Source: Giardia intestinalis (lineage: Eukaryota). From it: DNA of 64,000 bases. Each line of letters opens with the position of its first letter. Position 1 is the stretch's first letter. A program made the translations under genes and the position numbers. Positions 56,997 to 64,000 of this stretch are shown one piece after another. The notes beneath the pieces are model-generated. The model did not search any database and was not told where the DNA came from. It saw nothing but the letters and a program-made list of their open reading frames with translations. Location of the stretch: the NCBI GenBank assembly GCA_000002435.2, contig CM018792.1; one strand, 5' to 3'.

Positions 56997-59657
56997 CTAC
57001 TTTGTCAGCGACGCCAGAAAAACGATGCCTGCATCAGACGGGTGCTCTGGACCTGGAGCAACAGATGTGCTAGCGCTCACTTCGCTGTAATCACCGCGGT
57101 AGATATCGTCTGCCATAATAACCACGTGGTCCTCGGGCTTGTTAGCAGTGCGAGGACCAACGCGGTTGTTCTGTACGTTTGCATACGCCTTTGTGCCCAT
57201 GACTTGGCCACCCACGGGAGCATTACTGGGTTTGCTGACAGGGGCATTATGAGATGACGACTCACCACTTATCTTAACTCCTGGGTCTGTGTTTTCGTGG
57301 CTGAAGGCAGACGGATCACAAAGGACAAATACGGGATCGTTCATACCTGTCGTGCTCACATTGGATGGCTCCCGTAAGTAGGAAACGGGATCATTTGCAA
57401 CAGCGCGTGCACGCTCCATTAGCTCCTCTTCTGTTGCACGCTCAATTGTATAGTTCTCTATCGGTTGAGGCACCTTTAGCTCCGACTCTTGAAGCTTCGA
57501 CTGGGTCATCTTCGGAGTAGAATTCTTGGACTCGGCGTTACTGCTGACAACCTTCGAGTTGCGCCTTCCAAACTTGGACGGCTCCTCTGACTTGTCTTTT
57601 GGAGTGAAGACTTTAGATCCACGTCTTTTAACTAGCTTGCTAGGGGATTCATCGTCAATATTAGACAGAGCGATCTTGGACCCACGGCGTTTCATCTTCG
57701 GTGTCCCAGCTCCTGTTGGGGCGGAAGCCTGATCATCCTGAATGGACCCTGTACTGTCTGTTCTCTCCAGGGAGACTTTGGAGCCCCTTCGTCGCATCTT
57801 TGGGGTACCCCCTACCTCCTCCAGTCCCGAGCCTGTGAGCCCTTGCACGAAGATCTTCGAATTACGTCTCTTTGGAAAGTTGTCCTTTCCTATGGTTGTA
57901 TACGTTTCGTTTCTCTCTGCATTGGGATCATATACAGTGTATTTGTGGTCGTCACTCTTTTCGATCTTACGAGGCCCACGTGCGGGGGCCCACTCGTTGC
58001 CATCTAGGGCACTTGTGGCGTAGTTAGATCGCGAGTAAGTGGACTCGTTGGTGGCAGAGTACTTGCTTTCTGGCCTGTGGCCCGTCGAGCCGGTGAAAAT
58101 GATCTCCTGGTCTCCATTGGATTGGGCACCGTGAATACGTGTCTCAGATACTTCATAGGCGGCGTGTGTGTCCTGCGGGTGACTGAGAATGTCTGGAGGC
58201 ACTCGTGCCATTCTTGCCGCAGCGTTCTCCTGAGATATGACGCCTCGCGCTGCATAACAGCCTCGTTGATCCTCTATGGCATCGACGAAGATAGAGCTGT
58301 CATGAGGTGTGTGTATATTTGGATTCAGCGCAGATACCTCAACATCTGATCGTGTTGATCTGACAGACTTTGTCGATCTGGCCGAGCGCGTCTCGTGCTG
58401 CATCTGCTCGGTGTCTGTGACGGTGCGGACATGTGCCTCAGTGAACATGGGCGTGACGGTGGACGTTAAGTTATAGGACTCGGGGACCTTCCAAGTACTA
58501 TCTCGAGAAATTGGGACAACGACAGTTCTCTGGCCTTTTTTCTCTTGCTTGCTGGCTATCATTATGAAGTTATCCCTTACCATGCTCTCACACTTCACCA
58601 TATCCCAGACAATCCTTGGAGAAAGTGTTTCTGGCTCGGCTGTATCGTTGTTGTACTGGAACGCGTTCACAATGGATCCACCACTTCGTTTCTCGAGCTG
58701 CTGCAACCACTTTTCGGGGAGATCACTGTCTGTGAAGGGAGTCTCAAAGTTTATCCCTAGAATAAGGTGTAGAGAAATGTCTGCCGCTGTAAGAGGTCTA
58801 CTATAGCCCAGAACTTCACAAAGAGTGTCGCTCGAGGTGGAACTGGCTTTTAAGGAAGTCATAGCCATATTCTGGCCGTCCTTATATCCACTGGAGGCAC
58901 TTCCAAGGAGATGCTTCCCAAATAAGATGCGCCCGGCTGAAAGGGCTGTATTGAAGAAGGCGGAGACCTTCTCATTGATCGCTGAGGGTGTCATAGAGGG
59001 AAAGAACTTGAGGACGATGAAGATGAGCTCCGCAACGCTAGGAGTGATAAAGGACTCCTCCTTAATGTAGGTTATCCAGTCATCTTCTGTGTTGAAACCC
59101 TTTCCGGGGGCTAGCTTCATAGATGGAAAGAGGATAGGCTTTTGGCATAGTGTCCTGGCAGCGTTGACAAGTGTGAAGAGGCGAAGCGTCAGGTTCCTGA
59201 GGGAGAGAAGTAAGACAGTAAGATCATGTCGAGAGCCTTGGGTGCCGGACAAGGAGCCGTTGATATTTGCCTTACACTTCTCACGCGCCGCAAAGAGCTC
59301 TTTATATAGTTGGTGATAATAGCTTAGAATAGCAAGACGATCGATGTATTTATTTAGGAGCTTAGAATCTTCGATGACCTTCATGTAGGCATTGTCTCGC
59401 TCTCCCGGAGGAATCCCTAGAGAAATCCAGAATTTAGAGAGCTCTGCAAGATCGTCGTTCTTAACATTCGCTGCAGACTCCTCATATCCAGCCGGAACGC
59501 TTGGATGGTAGATCCCATCATCGTCGACAGAAACCGCGGCCACAGTGCGCGGGTGATGCCTCGCTAACTCGGCCCTGTGTGTTGTCAGCATCCCTGGGGC
59601 TCCGTAGATGGCCACTTCAGAGTCTAGCTCAGAGGGCTGATAGACATCCGGACTCAT
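56997..59657 (-). CDS. Hypothetical 886-aa protein with a C-terminal cluster of five RRxSK basophilic-kinase consensus sites.
   Basis: ATG at 59655-59657. The motifs are KRRNSKI, RRRGSKV, KRRGSKI, KRRGSKV and GRRNSKV, encoded around 57540-57890. Confidence 0.5.
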   Translation of the reverse strand: MSPDVYQPSELDSEVAIYGAPGMLTTHRAELARHHPRTVAAVSVDDDGIYHPSVPAGYEESAANVKNDDLAELSKFWISLGIPPGERDNAYMKVIEDSKLLNKYIDRLAILSYYHQLYKELFAAREKCKANINGSLSGTQGSRHDLTVLLLSLRNLTLRLFTLVNAARTLCQKPILFPSMKLAPGKGFNTEDDWITYIKEESFITPSVAELIFIVLKFFPSMTPSAINEKVSAFFNTALSAGRILFGKHLLGSASSGYKDGQNMAMTSLKASSTSSDTLCEVLGYSRPLTAADISLHLILGINFETPFTDSDLPEKWLQQLEKRSGGSIVNAFQYNNDTAEPETLSPRIVWDMVKCESMVRDNFIMIASKQEKKGQRTVVVPISRDSTWKVPESYNLTSTVTPMFTEAHVRTVTDTEQMQHETRSARSTKSVRSTRSDVEVSALNPNIHTPHDSSIFVDAIEDQRGCYAARGVISQENAAARMARVPPDILSHPQDTHAAYEVSETRIHGAQSNGDQEIIFTGSTGHRPESKYSATNESTYSRSNYATSALDGNEWAPARGPRKIEKSDDHKYTVYDPNAERNETYTTIGKDNFPKRRNSKIFVQGLTGSGLEEVGGTPKMRRRGSKVSLERTDSTGSIQDDQASAPTGAGTPKMKRRGSKIALSNIDDESPSKLVKRRGSKVFTPKDKSEEPSKFGRRNSKVVSSNAESKNSTPKMTQSKLQESELKVPQPIENYTIERATEEELMERARAVANDPVSYLREPSNVSTTGMNDPVFVLCDPSAFSHENTDPGVKISGESSSHNAPVSKPSNAPVGGQVMGTKAYANVQNNRVGPRTANKPEDHVVIMADDIYRGDYSEVSASTSVAPGPEHPSDAGIVFLASLTK

Positions 59658-59812
59658 CGACCTGGCAATTTAATTTCCCCGGTTAGTTTATTATTTTGGA
59701 GGTAATGAAGCTTGCTAGGGGAGAAAATGGACGGGCGTGTAGTCGCAATGCAAGCACCCAAAGAGCAAAAAACACGCGGTTTACTCGACAACAGCATAAG
59801 GCCCGCGAGATG

Positions 59813-60580
59813 TTACAGGACACCCACTCCCGTGTAGATATTACGTTCTAAGTACTTCATAACCGTCTCCAACTCACGGGTAAGCATGCCGGCGTTCTCG
59901 GTGAACTCTGCCCTCTCCTCCTCAATTGCGCGATTAAGGTCGGAGAACCCAGCAACAATCGTCTCGCGGCACTCAAAGAGGCCACGCTTGTGTCTCTCGA
60001 CAAGGGACTTGATCTCATCCTTGTACGACGCAATCACGGAATGGTAGGCGCGCTTCGATGACTCAATGGACTCAATGAGGCGCATAAAGTCCTTCTCAAA
60101 CTTCCCCCTGATGTTGTCCACACGTAGCTCGCGGTCATCGATTGCGGCGTTGAGCTTCTCAGCGAGGCCCTCCATCGCGGTTCCATACTCTTTGCGGAAC
60201 TCCTCGATATCCTGCTGCCTGCGGAGCACCTGCTCGTTGACCGCGTCGTAGAGGTGCTGGTACCTCTCGAGCATCGCCTGGAATTGAACCTGGGTCTCGC
60301 TCGTGTGCTGCTCGATCAGATTGTTGAGGGCAGTGACGTGATTTGTGATGTGCTCATCCAGCATCTTGTCCATTGCGTGGCTCGCCTCGGCGCGCTGGAG
60401 CGTCTGCTTCTGGATGAGGATGTCAAGATCCTTCACGGCCTGGTGGAGCAGCTGGAGTCTCGATTCTAGGGTATGTTTCTGGTCGTTGTACGAGAGCTCG
60501 AACTCTACCATGAACTCGGAAGTGTGCGAGTCGATGACATTGAGCCTAGACTTCGTGGGGTCGGCGCGGACGGAGAACAT
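59813..60580 (-). CDS. Coiled-coil cytoskeletal protein of the SF-assemblin / beta-giardin-like (striated fibre assemblin) type.
   Basis: 255 aa, almost entirely heptad/29-residue-periodic coiled coil. Size and periodicity resemble beta-giardin/SALP-1. ATG at 60578-60580 in a gagttaaaaATG context. Confidence 0.45.
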   Translation of the reverse strand: MFSVRADPTKSRLNVIDSHTSEFMVEFELSYNDQKHTLESRLQLLHQAVKDLDILIQKQTLQRAEASHAMDKMLDEHITNHVTALNNLIEQHTSETQVQFQAMLERYQHLYDAVNEQVLRRQQDIEEFRKEYGTAMEGLAEKLNAAIDDRELRVDNIRGKFEKDFMRLIESIESSKRAYHSVIASYKDEIKSLVERHKRGLFECRETIVAGFSDLNRAIEEERAEFTENAGMLTRELETVMKYLERNIYTGVGVL

Positions 60581-60733
60581 TTTTAACTCCCCCCGAAAAA
60601 GGCGGAAGCGGATTTTAATGTAATTTGCAAATCGTTATACTTATCATTCTACTTACGGTTTTATTCCAACTTGCTCATTAAGTGGAAAGCTGGAATTAAT
60701 TGCCACCGACCATTCCACACAGTTTGCTTGTTC

Positions 60734-62119
60734 ATGCCGATCGTTGCTCGAACGGTGGTTCTTGACACCAACGCTTTCCTGCGCCGAATGGCCTTCTGGG
60801 AGATCGGCGAATCTTTTGTGACGACCCCTGGTGTTATGGCAGAGGTATGCGATCCAGAAAGCCAGCTTTGGATATCCAATCTTCCCATCACAATCACTGT
60901 GAGCACACCTTCTAAAGTGTCGATTGGGCGGGTCCGTGCCTTTGCCAGGGCAACGGGAGACCTGACAAGCCTCTCTGAAGAAGATATTGAGGTTATAGCT
61001 CTAGCTCTGGATTTAGACGTCACAGCTCATGGAGACGATAGTCACATTCGCCTCGAGCCATCATTTAGAGATCCAACTGCGCTCAAGGTGTTCACCAGCG
61101 AAAAGCACGTTGCTAGCACAGCACCACTCGGGTCTCATGGTGACAACAAGCAGTACAGAGATCGGTACGGCCAGCAAAATCAACGGACTCGTGTTGGAGA
61201 AGTCACCCAGGAGATGGAGCAGAAGTATGCAGCATATAAGCAGAGTTTATTTGAGGATGACATGATGGAGCTGCTTAGGGATAGTAGGTCGGCACCTGTG
61301 GGTCAAGCTACCGCTAACAGCGTTGCTGGAGAAGAGAACTCACATGAATGGATTGATGTTGCTTTGAAGCGGCCAAAGAATCTTAGGGGCCAGGAGATAG
61401 GTTACACCAGGCCCGCGGTTCTAGAAGCCAAGGTGCAGGATGCTATTATAGAAGGTAGCGCATCGCAGCACAGTATGAGCATCGCCGCTGAGGGCGAAGG
61501 CGACTGGGTCACTTCAGAAACCCTGATGGAAGATACCCTGGCAACGCTCAGAGAGGCTAAGGACGCTGTCCCCGTTGCCATATGCACTGCTGATTACTCG
61601 ATGCAGAATGTAGTCATGCAGATGAATCTGCGGCTAGTCTCACCACAAGGAGTCATTAAAGAGATCAAGCGGTACGCAGGAAAGTGCTCTGCCTGTTTGG
61701 CCATTAGCCCAATATTAGCGTCTCCCTTTTGTAAGAAGTGTGGCAACAAGACAATGATGAAGGTGGCAATGTACATCAAAGAAGATGGGACAGCGACCTT
61801 TTCAACTGGAGTCAAGCACTTTAACCTACACGGAACCATCTTCTCCTTGCCTGCCTTTGCGTCCAAGAAGTACCTTGGTAGAGCAGGAAGGCGCACGATT
61901 GTCCCTATTGCGTCTGAGAATGATCCCAATGCCAAGTACATCCTCAGCTTGCAAGGAAAGGGCCGCAACATGGGCAGCGTGACCGGAGCTCAGCACTTTA
62001 TGGCAGACATAAAAGGACCTGCATCCACGAAAGGCAGCGCTATCACTGTTCCGCATTTCCTGAAACGAAATCCGAATGAGTCCAAGCGAGGAAAGAAGAA
62101 GTATAGTCACCATCTTTAG
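60734..62119 (+). CDS. NOB1: NOB1, the PIN-domain plus zinc-ribbon endonuclease that makes the D-site cleavage of 20S pre-rRNA.
   Basis: N-terminal PIN domain (VVLDTNAFLRRMAFWEIG, compare human VVADAGAFLRHAALQDIG). C-terminus ICTADYSMQNVVMQMNLRLVS ... CSACLAISPILASPFCKKCGNKTMMKV, colinear with human CLTTDFAMQNVLLQMGLHVLA ... CHGCFKTTSDMSRVFCSHCGNKTLKKV. The track start at 60671 is TTG; the first ATG is at 60734. Confidence 0.8.
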   Translation: MPIVARTVVLDTNAFLRRMAFWEIGESFVTTPGVMAEVCDPESQLWISNLPITITVSTPSKVSIGRVRAFARATGDLTSLSEEDIEVIALALDLDVTAHGDDSHIRLEPSFRDPTALKVFTSEKHVASTAPLGSHGDNKQYRDRYGQQNQRTRVGEVTQEMEQKYAAYKQSLFEDDMMELLRDSRSAPVGQATANSVAGEENSHEWIDVALKRPKNLRGQEIGYTRPAVLEAKVQDAIIEGSASQHSMSIAAEGEGDWVTSETLMEDTLATLREAKDAVPVAICTADYSMQNVVMQMNLRLVSPQGVIKEIKRYAGKCSACLAISPILASPFCKKCGNKTMMKVAMYIKEDGTATFSTGVKHFNLHGTIFSLPAFASKKYLGRAGRRTIVPIASENDPNAKYILSLQGKGRNMGSVTGAQHFMADIKGPASTKGSAITVPHFLKRNPNESKRGKKKYSHHL

Positions 62120-62286
62120 GGAGTCGTGACTAAGAGGTTGTGGCCTTTCCCGCTCCTGTGGCTCAGATAGTCCCTCTTCGGATCTAGCTGGACTGCAATC
62201 TGTTCAAAAAATATTCTATTGAGACGCTGATTATTTTATCTGGTATCTTCCGTAAATTTTAAAGACACTGTCTGTATTTAGCCTCT

Positions 62287-62303
62287 ACACGTGATGCACG
62301 TGT
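62287..62303. promoter_or_regulatory. Perfect 17-bp palindrome ACACGTGatgCACGTGT containing two CACGTG E-box cores, about 55 bp upstream of the ATG at 62360.
   Basis: Read directly in the 240-bp intergenic region between the NOB1 stop and the next gene. Confidence 0.3.
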
Positions 62304-62359
62304 AAATTTTCCTCGCCACTTGGACGTTTGGATTTCCATCGTGCCTTGTTGTAATTAAA

Positions 62360-63478
62360 ATGGACGACGAAGGTACAGCCGTTCTTATCCCCTTTACTGT
62401 TAAGTTGGACATCACCAACAGCCAGCTCCTCTGCGGGCCCGAGGACTTGGCCACTCTCTTTATCTGTACGTACGACGGAATGGTCCTTTGTGCAGACATA
62501 CACCTTAGCAGTGCAGAGCCTACGTTTTCCTTTCCGCTCCCGGTCTATGTGGCCTCTGGAGGTGTTGCCTACTTGTCAGGAAGCTTTATCAACGACACGC
62601 AGTACGTTGCTCTTTGGTCCTATGAAAGTGAGCTTGTTTTCTTGACTCGAACGTTTGTACCATCCGTGGACAACTTAGCGAAAACGACCCCCACAGTCTC
62701 CCACAGGGTAGTTCCCTTTGGGAACGGTCATCGAAACATTTCATCTCTTGCTTTCCGGTCCCAAACAGAGCTGTGCTTTGCGGGTACACACGATGGACTA
62801 CTTTATACTATCAATGCAGCAACAGGGGAGATTCATAATTGTACTTACGAGCCAGGGCTCCCTATTACACAGATTTCTCACTTCGATGACAATGTTTACA
62901 CCCTCAATCAGGGTGGAGCTCTTCAGTGCCGCGATGAAACACTCGTCCGGGCAGCTATAAACTCGTTTGTTATCGGAAAGCAGTACATAGTCTATGGTTC
63001 CTTTTCAGTGGTTGTTTCTATGAATAGCAGGGCCGCTCTAGGAGATACAAACTCCACTAGTTTAGATATTGCACTGGATAGCCCGATCTCCACTATAACA
63101 CAGCTTAATTTACAGTCGCTGTCTAGCGACATAGAGACGGAGTTGTTGAAGCGCTTGAAAGTTCCTACATGTTTCACAGAAGTGATCCCAGATCCCACAT
63201 ACCACAGAGACTATGAGCACTTTCTGATAGGAACTATCTCTGGCAGTCTCTTTGTACTTCAGGTATGCCACTCTGCCCGAACAAAGAAGCTTAGTGCGGT
63301 GTTGCATAAAGTTCCTATTCCTGCAGCTGTGGCACACGAAAGAAAAATAACACAGATATTAGGCTACACGAAGAATGGCTTAGTTACTTTGCTATTTGAC
63401 GATTCATTTGTGGCCAGGTACTATCTTGTGAGCACTTGTGAGGCCCAAAGTAACCATGAAATTATGCTGAGCTTATGA
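62360..63478 (+). CDS. Hypothetical 372-aa protein, beta-rich and possibly propeller-like.
   Basis: Clean ORF with the canonical start context gtaattaaaATGg. No family recognised. Confidence 0.45.
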   Translation: MDDEGTAVLIPFTVKLDITNSQLLCGPEDLATLFICTYDGMVLCADIHLSSAEPTFSFPLPVYVASGGVAYLSGSFINDTQYVALWSYESELVFLTRTFVPSVDNLAKTTPTVSHRVVPFGNGHRNISSLAFRSQTELCFAGTHDGLLYTINAATGEIHNCTYEPGLPITQISHFDDNVYTLNQGGALQCRDETLVRAAINSFVIGKQYIVYGSFSVVVSMNSRAALGDTNSTSLDIALDSPISTITQLNLQSLSSDIETELLKRLKVPTCFTEVIPDPTYHRDYEHFLIGTISGSLFVLQVCHSARTKKLSAVLHKVPIPAAVAHERKITQILGYTKNGLVTLLFDDSFVARYYLVSTCEAQSNHEIMLSL

Positions 63479-63504
63479 GTAGAATATCTGGCTATGAAAA
63501 TCAA

Positions 63505-64000
63505 TTAAGACCGTTGGAACTCAGAGACTTCATTCTGTGAGAACTGATTCTTTAGACATGCATGGGCAAATATCCCTTCCATGGTTATGCGGTCTTTGGG
63601 AGAGTGCTCTAAGCATAGCAGTATAAGTTCTCTTAGCTCTGGAGAAACGTGCAGGTCGTCAGCCTCTATGACATACCTCTTTTCGGCCACAGTATTCAGC
63701 AGTGCCAGTGGGTGGTTATCTACGTACCTATCCAACGGGTGGTATCCAGCAGCCATTTCAAACAAGATACACCCGATGCTCCAGACATCTGCGACTCTGT
63801 GAAGTTCTGTCTTCTTATTATCCATAGTTCTACCAATGGTAAGCATTATCTCCGGAGCCATGTACTTCGGAGTGCCAGCTATGGTGTCTGTGACGGCACA
63901 GGTTGTGTCCTGTTGCATTGCTTTGGATATGCCAAAGTCAATAAGCCTCAAGCGGCCCTTGTAGAACATGAAGTTCTGGGGCTTAAGATCGCAATGTATA
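63505..64000 (-). CDS. Protein kinase, Mps1/TTK-like dual-specificity kinase. Only the C-terminal part is in the window; the gene continues past the right edge.
   Basis: The sequence reads through the window edge as IHCDLKPQNFMFYKGRLRLIDFGISKAMQQDTTCAVTDTIAGTPKYMAPE ... ADVWSIGCILFEM ... LEHSPKDRIT. This is nearly colinear with human TTK [51 protein letters not shown] ... SDVWSLGCILYYM ... LKRDPKQRIS. Confidence 0.5.
   Translation of the reverse strand, partial: IHCDLKPQNFMFYKGRLRLIDFGISKAMQQDTTCAVTDTIAGTPKYMAPEIMLTIGRTMDNKKTELHRVADVWSIGCILFEMAAGYHPLDRYVDNHPLALLNTVAEKRYVIEADDLHVSPELRELILLCLEHSPKDRITMEGIFAHACLKNQFSQNEVSEFQRS

Noticed and set aside
62278-62503. Two overlapping minus-strand 72- and 73-aa ORFs across the 62120-62359 intergenic region and the start of the 62360 gene.
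   Set aside because: They are short and overlap each other in different frames. They run antisense through a promoter region and the 5' end of a well-supported plus-strand gene. I consider them spurious.
1-64000. Reading the window as a prokaryotic locus (operons, defence islands, CRISPR, mobile elements).
   Set aside because: The content is eukaryotic: ORFs of 1,000-1,900 codons, ankyrin arrays, NAK and Mps1-type kinases, TRAPP, NOB1 and PME-1. There are no Shine-Dalgarno-spaced operons, no repeat-spacer arrays and no transposase or integrase ORFs. The gene organisation matches a compact diplomonad nuclear genome.

Overview
This window is eukaryotic, not prokaryotic. The gene content and layout fit a diplomonad (Giardia-like) chromosome segment of roughly 49% GC.

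Evidence for that assignment:
- There is a high-cysteine membrane protein with GGCY/CXXC repeats and a canonical AGTAAAC polyadenylation signal 6 nt after its stop (7 nt to the motif).
- There are five large ankyrin-repeat 'Protein 21.1'-type genes.
- Long ORFs are intron-free and have A-rich ...AAAATG start contexts.
- Genes are packed head-to-head, tail-to-tail or in tandem with intergenic spacers of 0-150 bp, the shortest divergent spacer being 7 bp.

I can support about 31 protein-coding genes. By recognisable motifs they include:
- a 5'-truncated ABCA-type full ABC transporter;
- TRAPPC5/Trs31, a TMEM19/DUF92 membrane protein, a TtcA/CTU1-family PP-loop ATPase and a NAK-family kinase;
- PP2A methylesterase PME-1, NARFL/Nar1, NSUN5-like rRNA m5C methyltransferase, NOB1 and a PLAA/Doa1-like protein;
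- a 5'-nucleotidase-family metallophosphoesterase, an SF-assemblin-like coiled-coil protein and a partial Mps1/TTK-like kinase at the right edge;
- several lineage-specific hypothetical proteins.

I found no rRNA or tRNA genes, no CRISPR array, no transposon and no prokaryotic-style defence system.

The most interesting observations are:
- a ~1.25 kb GC-rich island (about 70% GC) spanning the convergent 3' ends of the cysteine-rich membrane protein gene and the TtcA-like gene, so that the bacterial-type TtcA catalytic domain lies in GC-rich DNA while its ~296-aa N-terminal extension has host-like composition;
- an in-frame TGA separating an ATG from a textbook signal peptide at the start of a 1,299-codon surface-protein ORF, next to a diverged local duplication of the start region;
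- a membrane protein that may carry two polyprenol-kinase-superfamily modules;
- a cluster of five RRxSK basophilic-kinase sites;
- an E-box palindrome.

All product calls rest on motif recognition by eye. I could not run BLAST or HMM searches.
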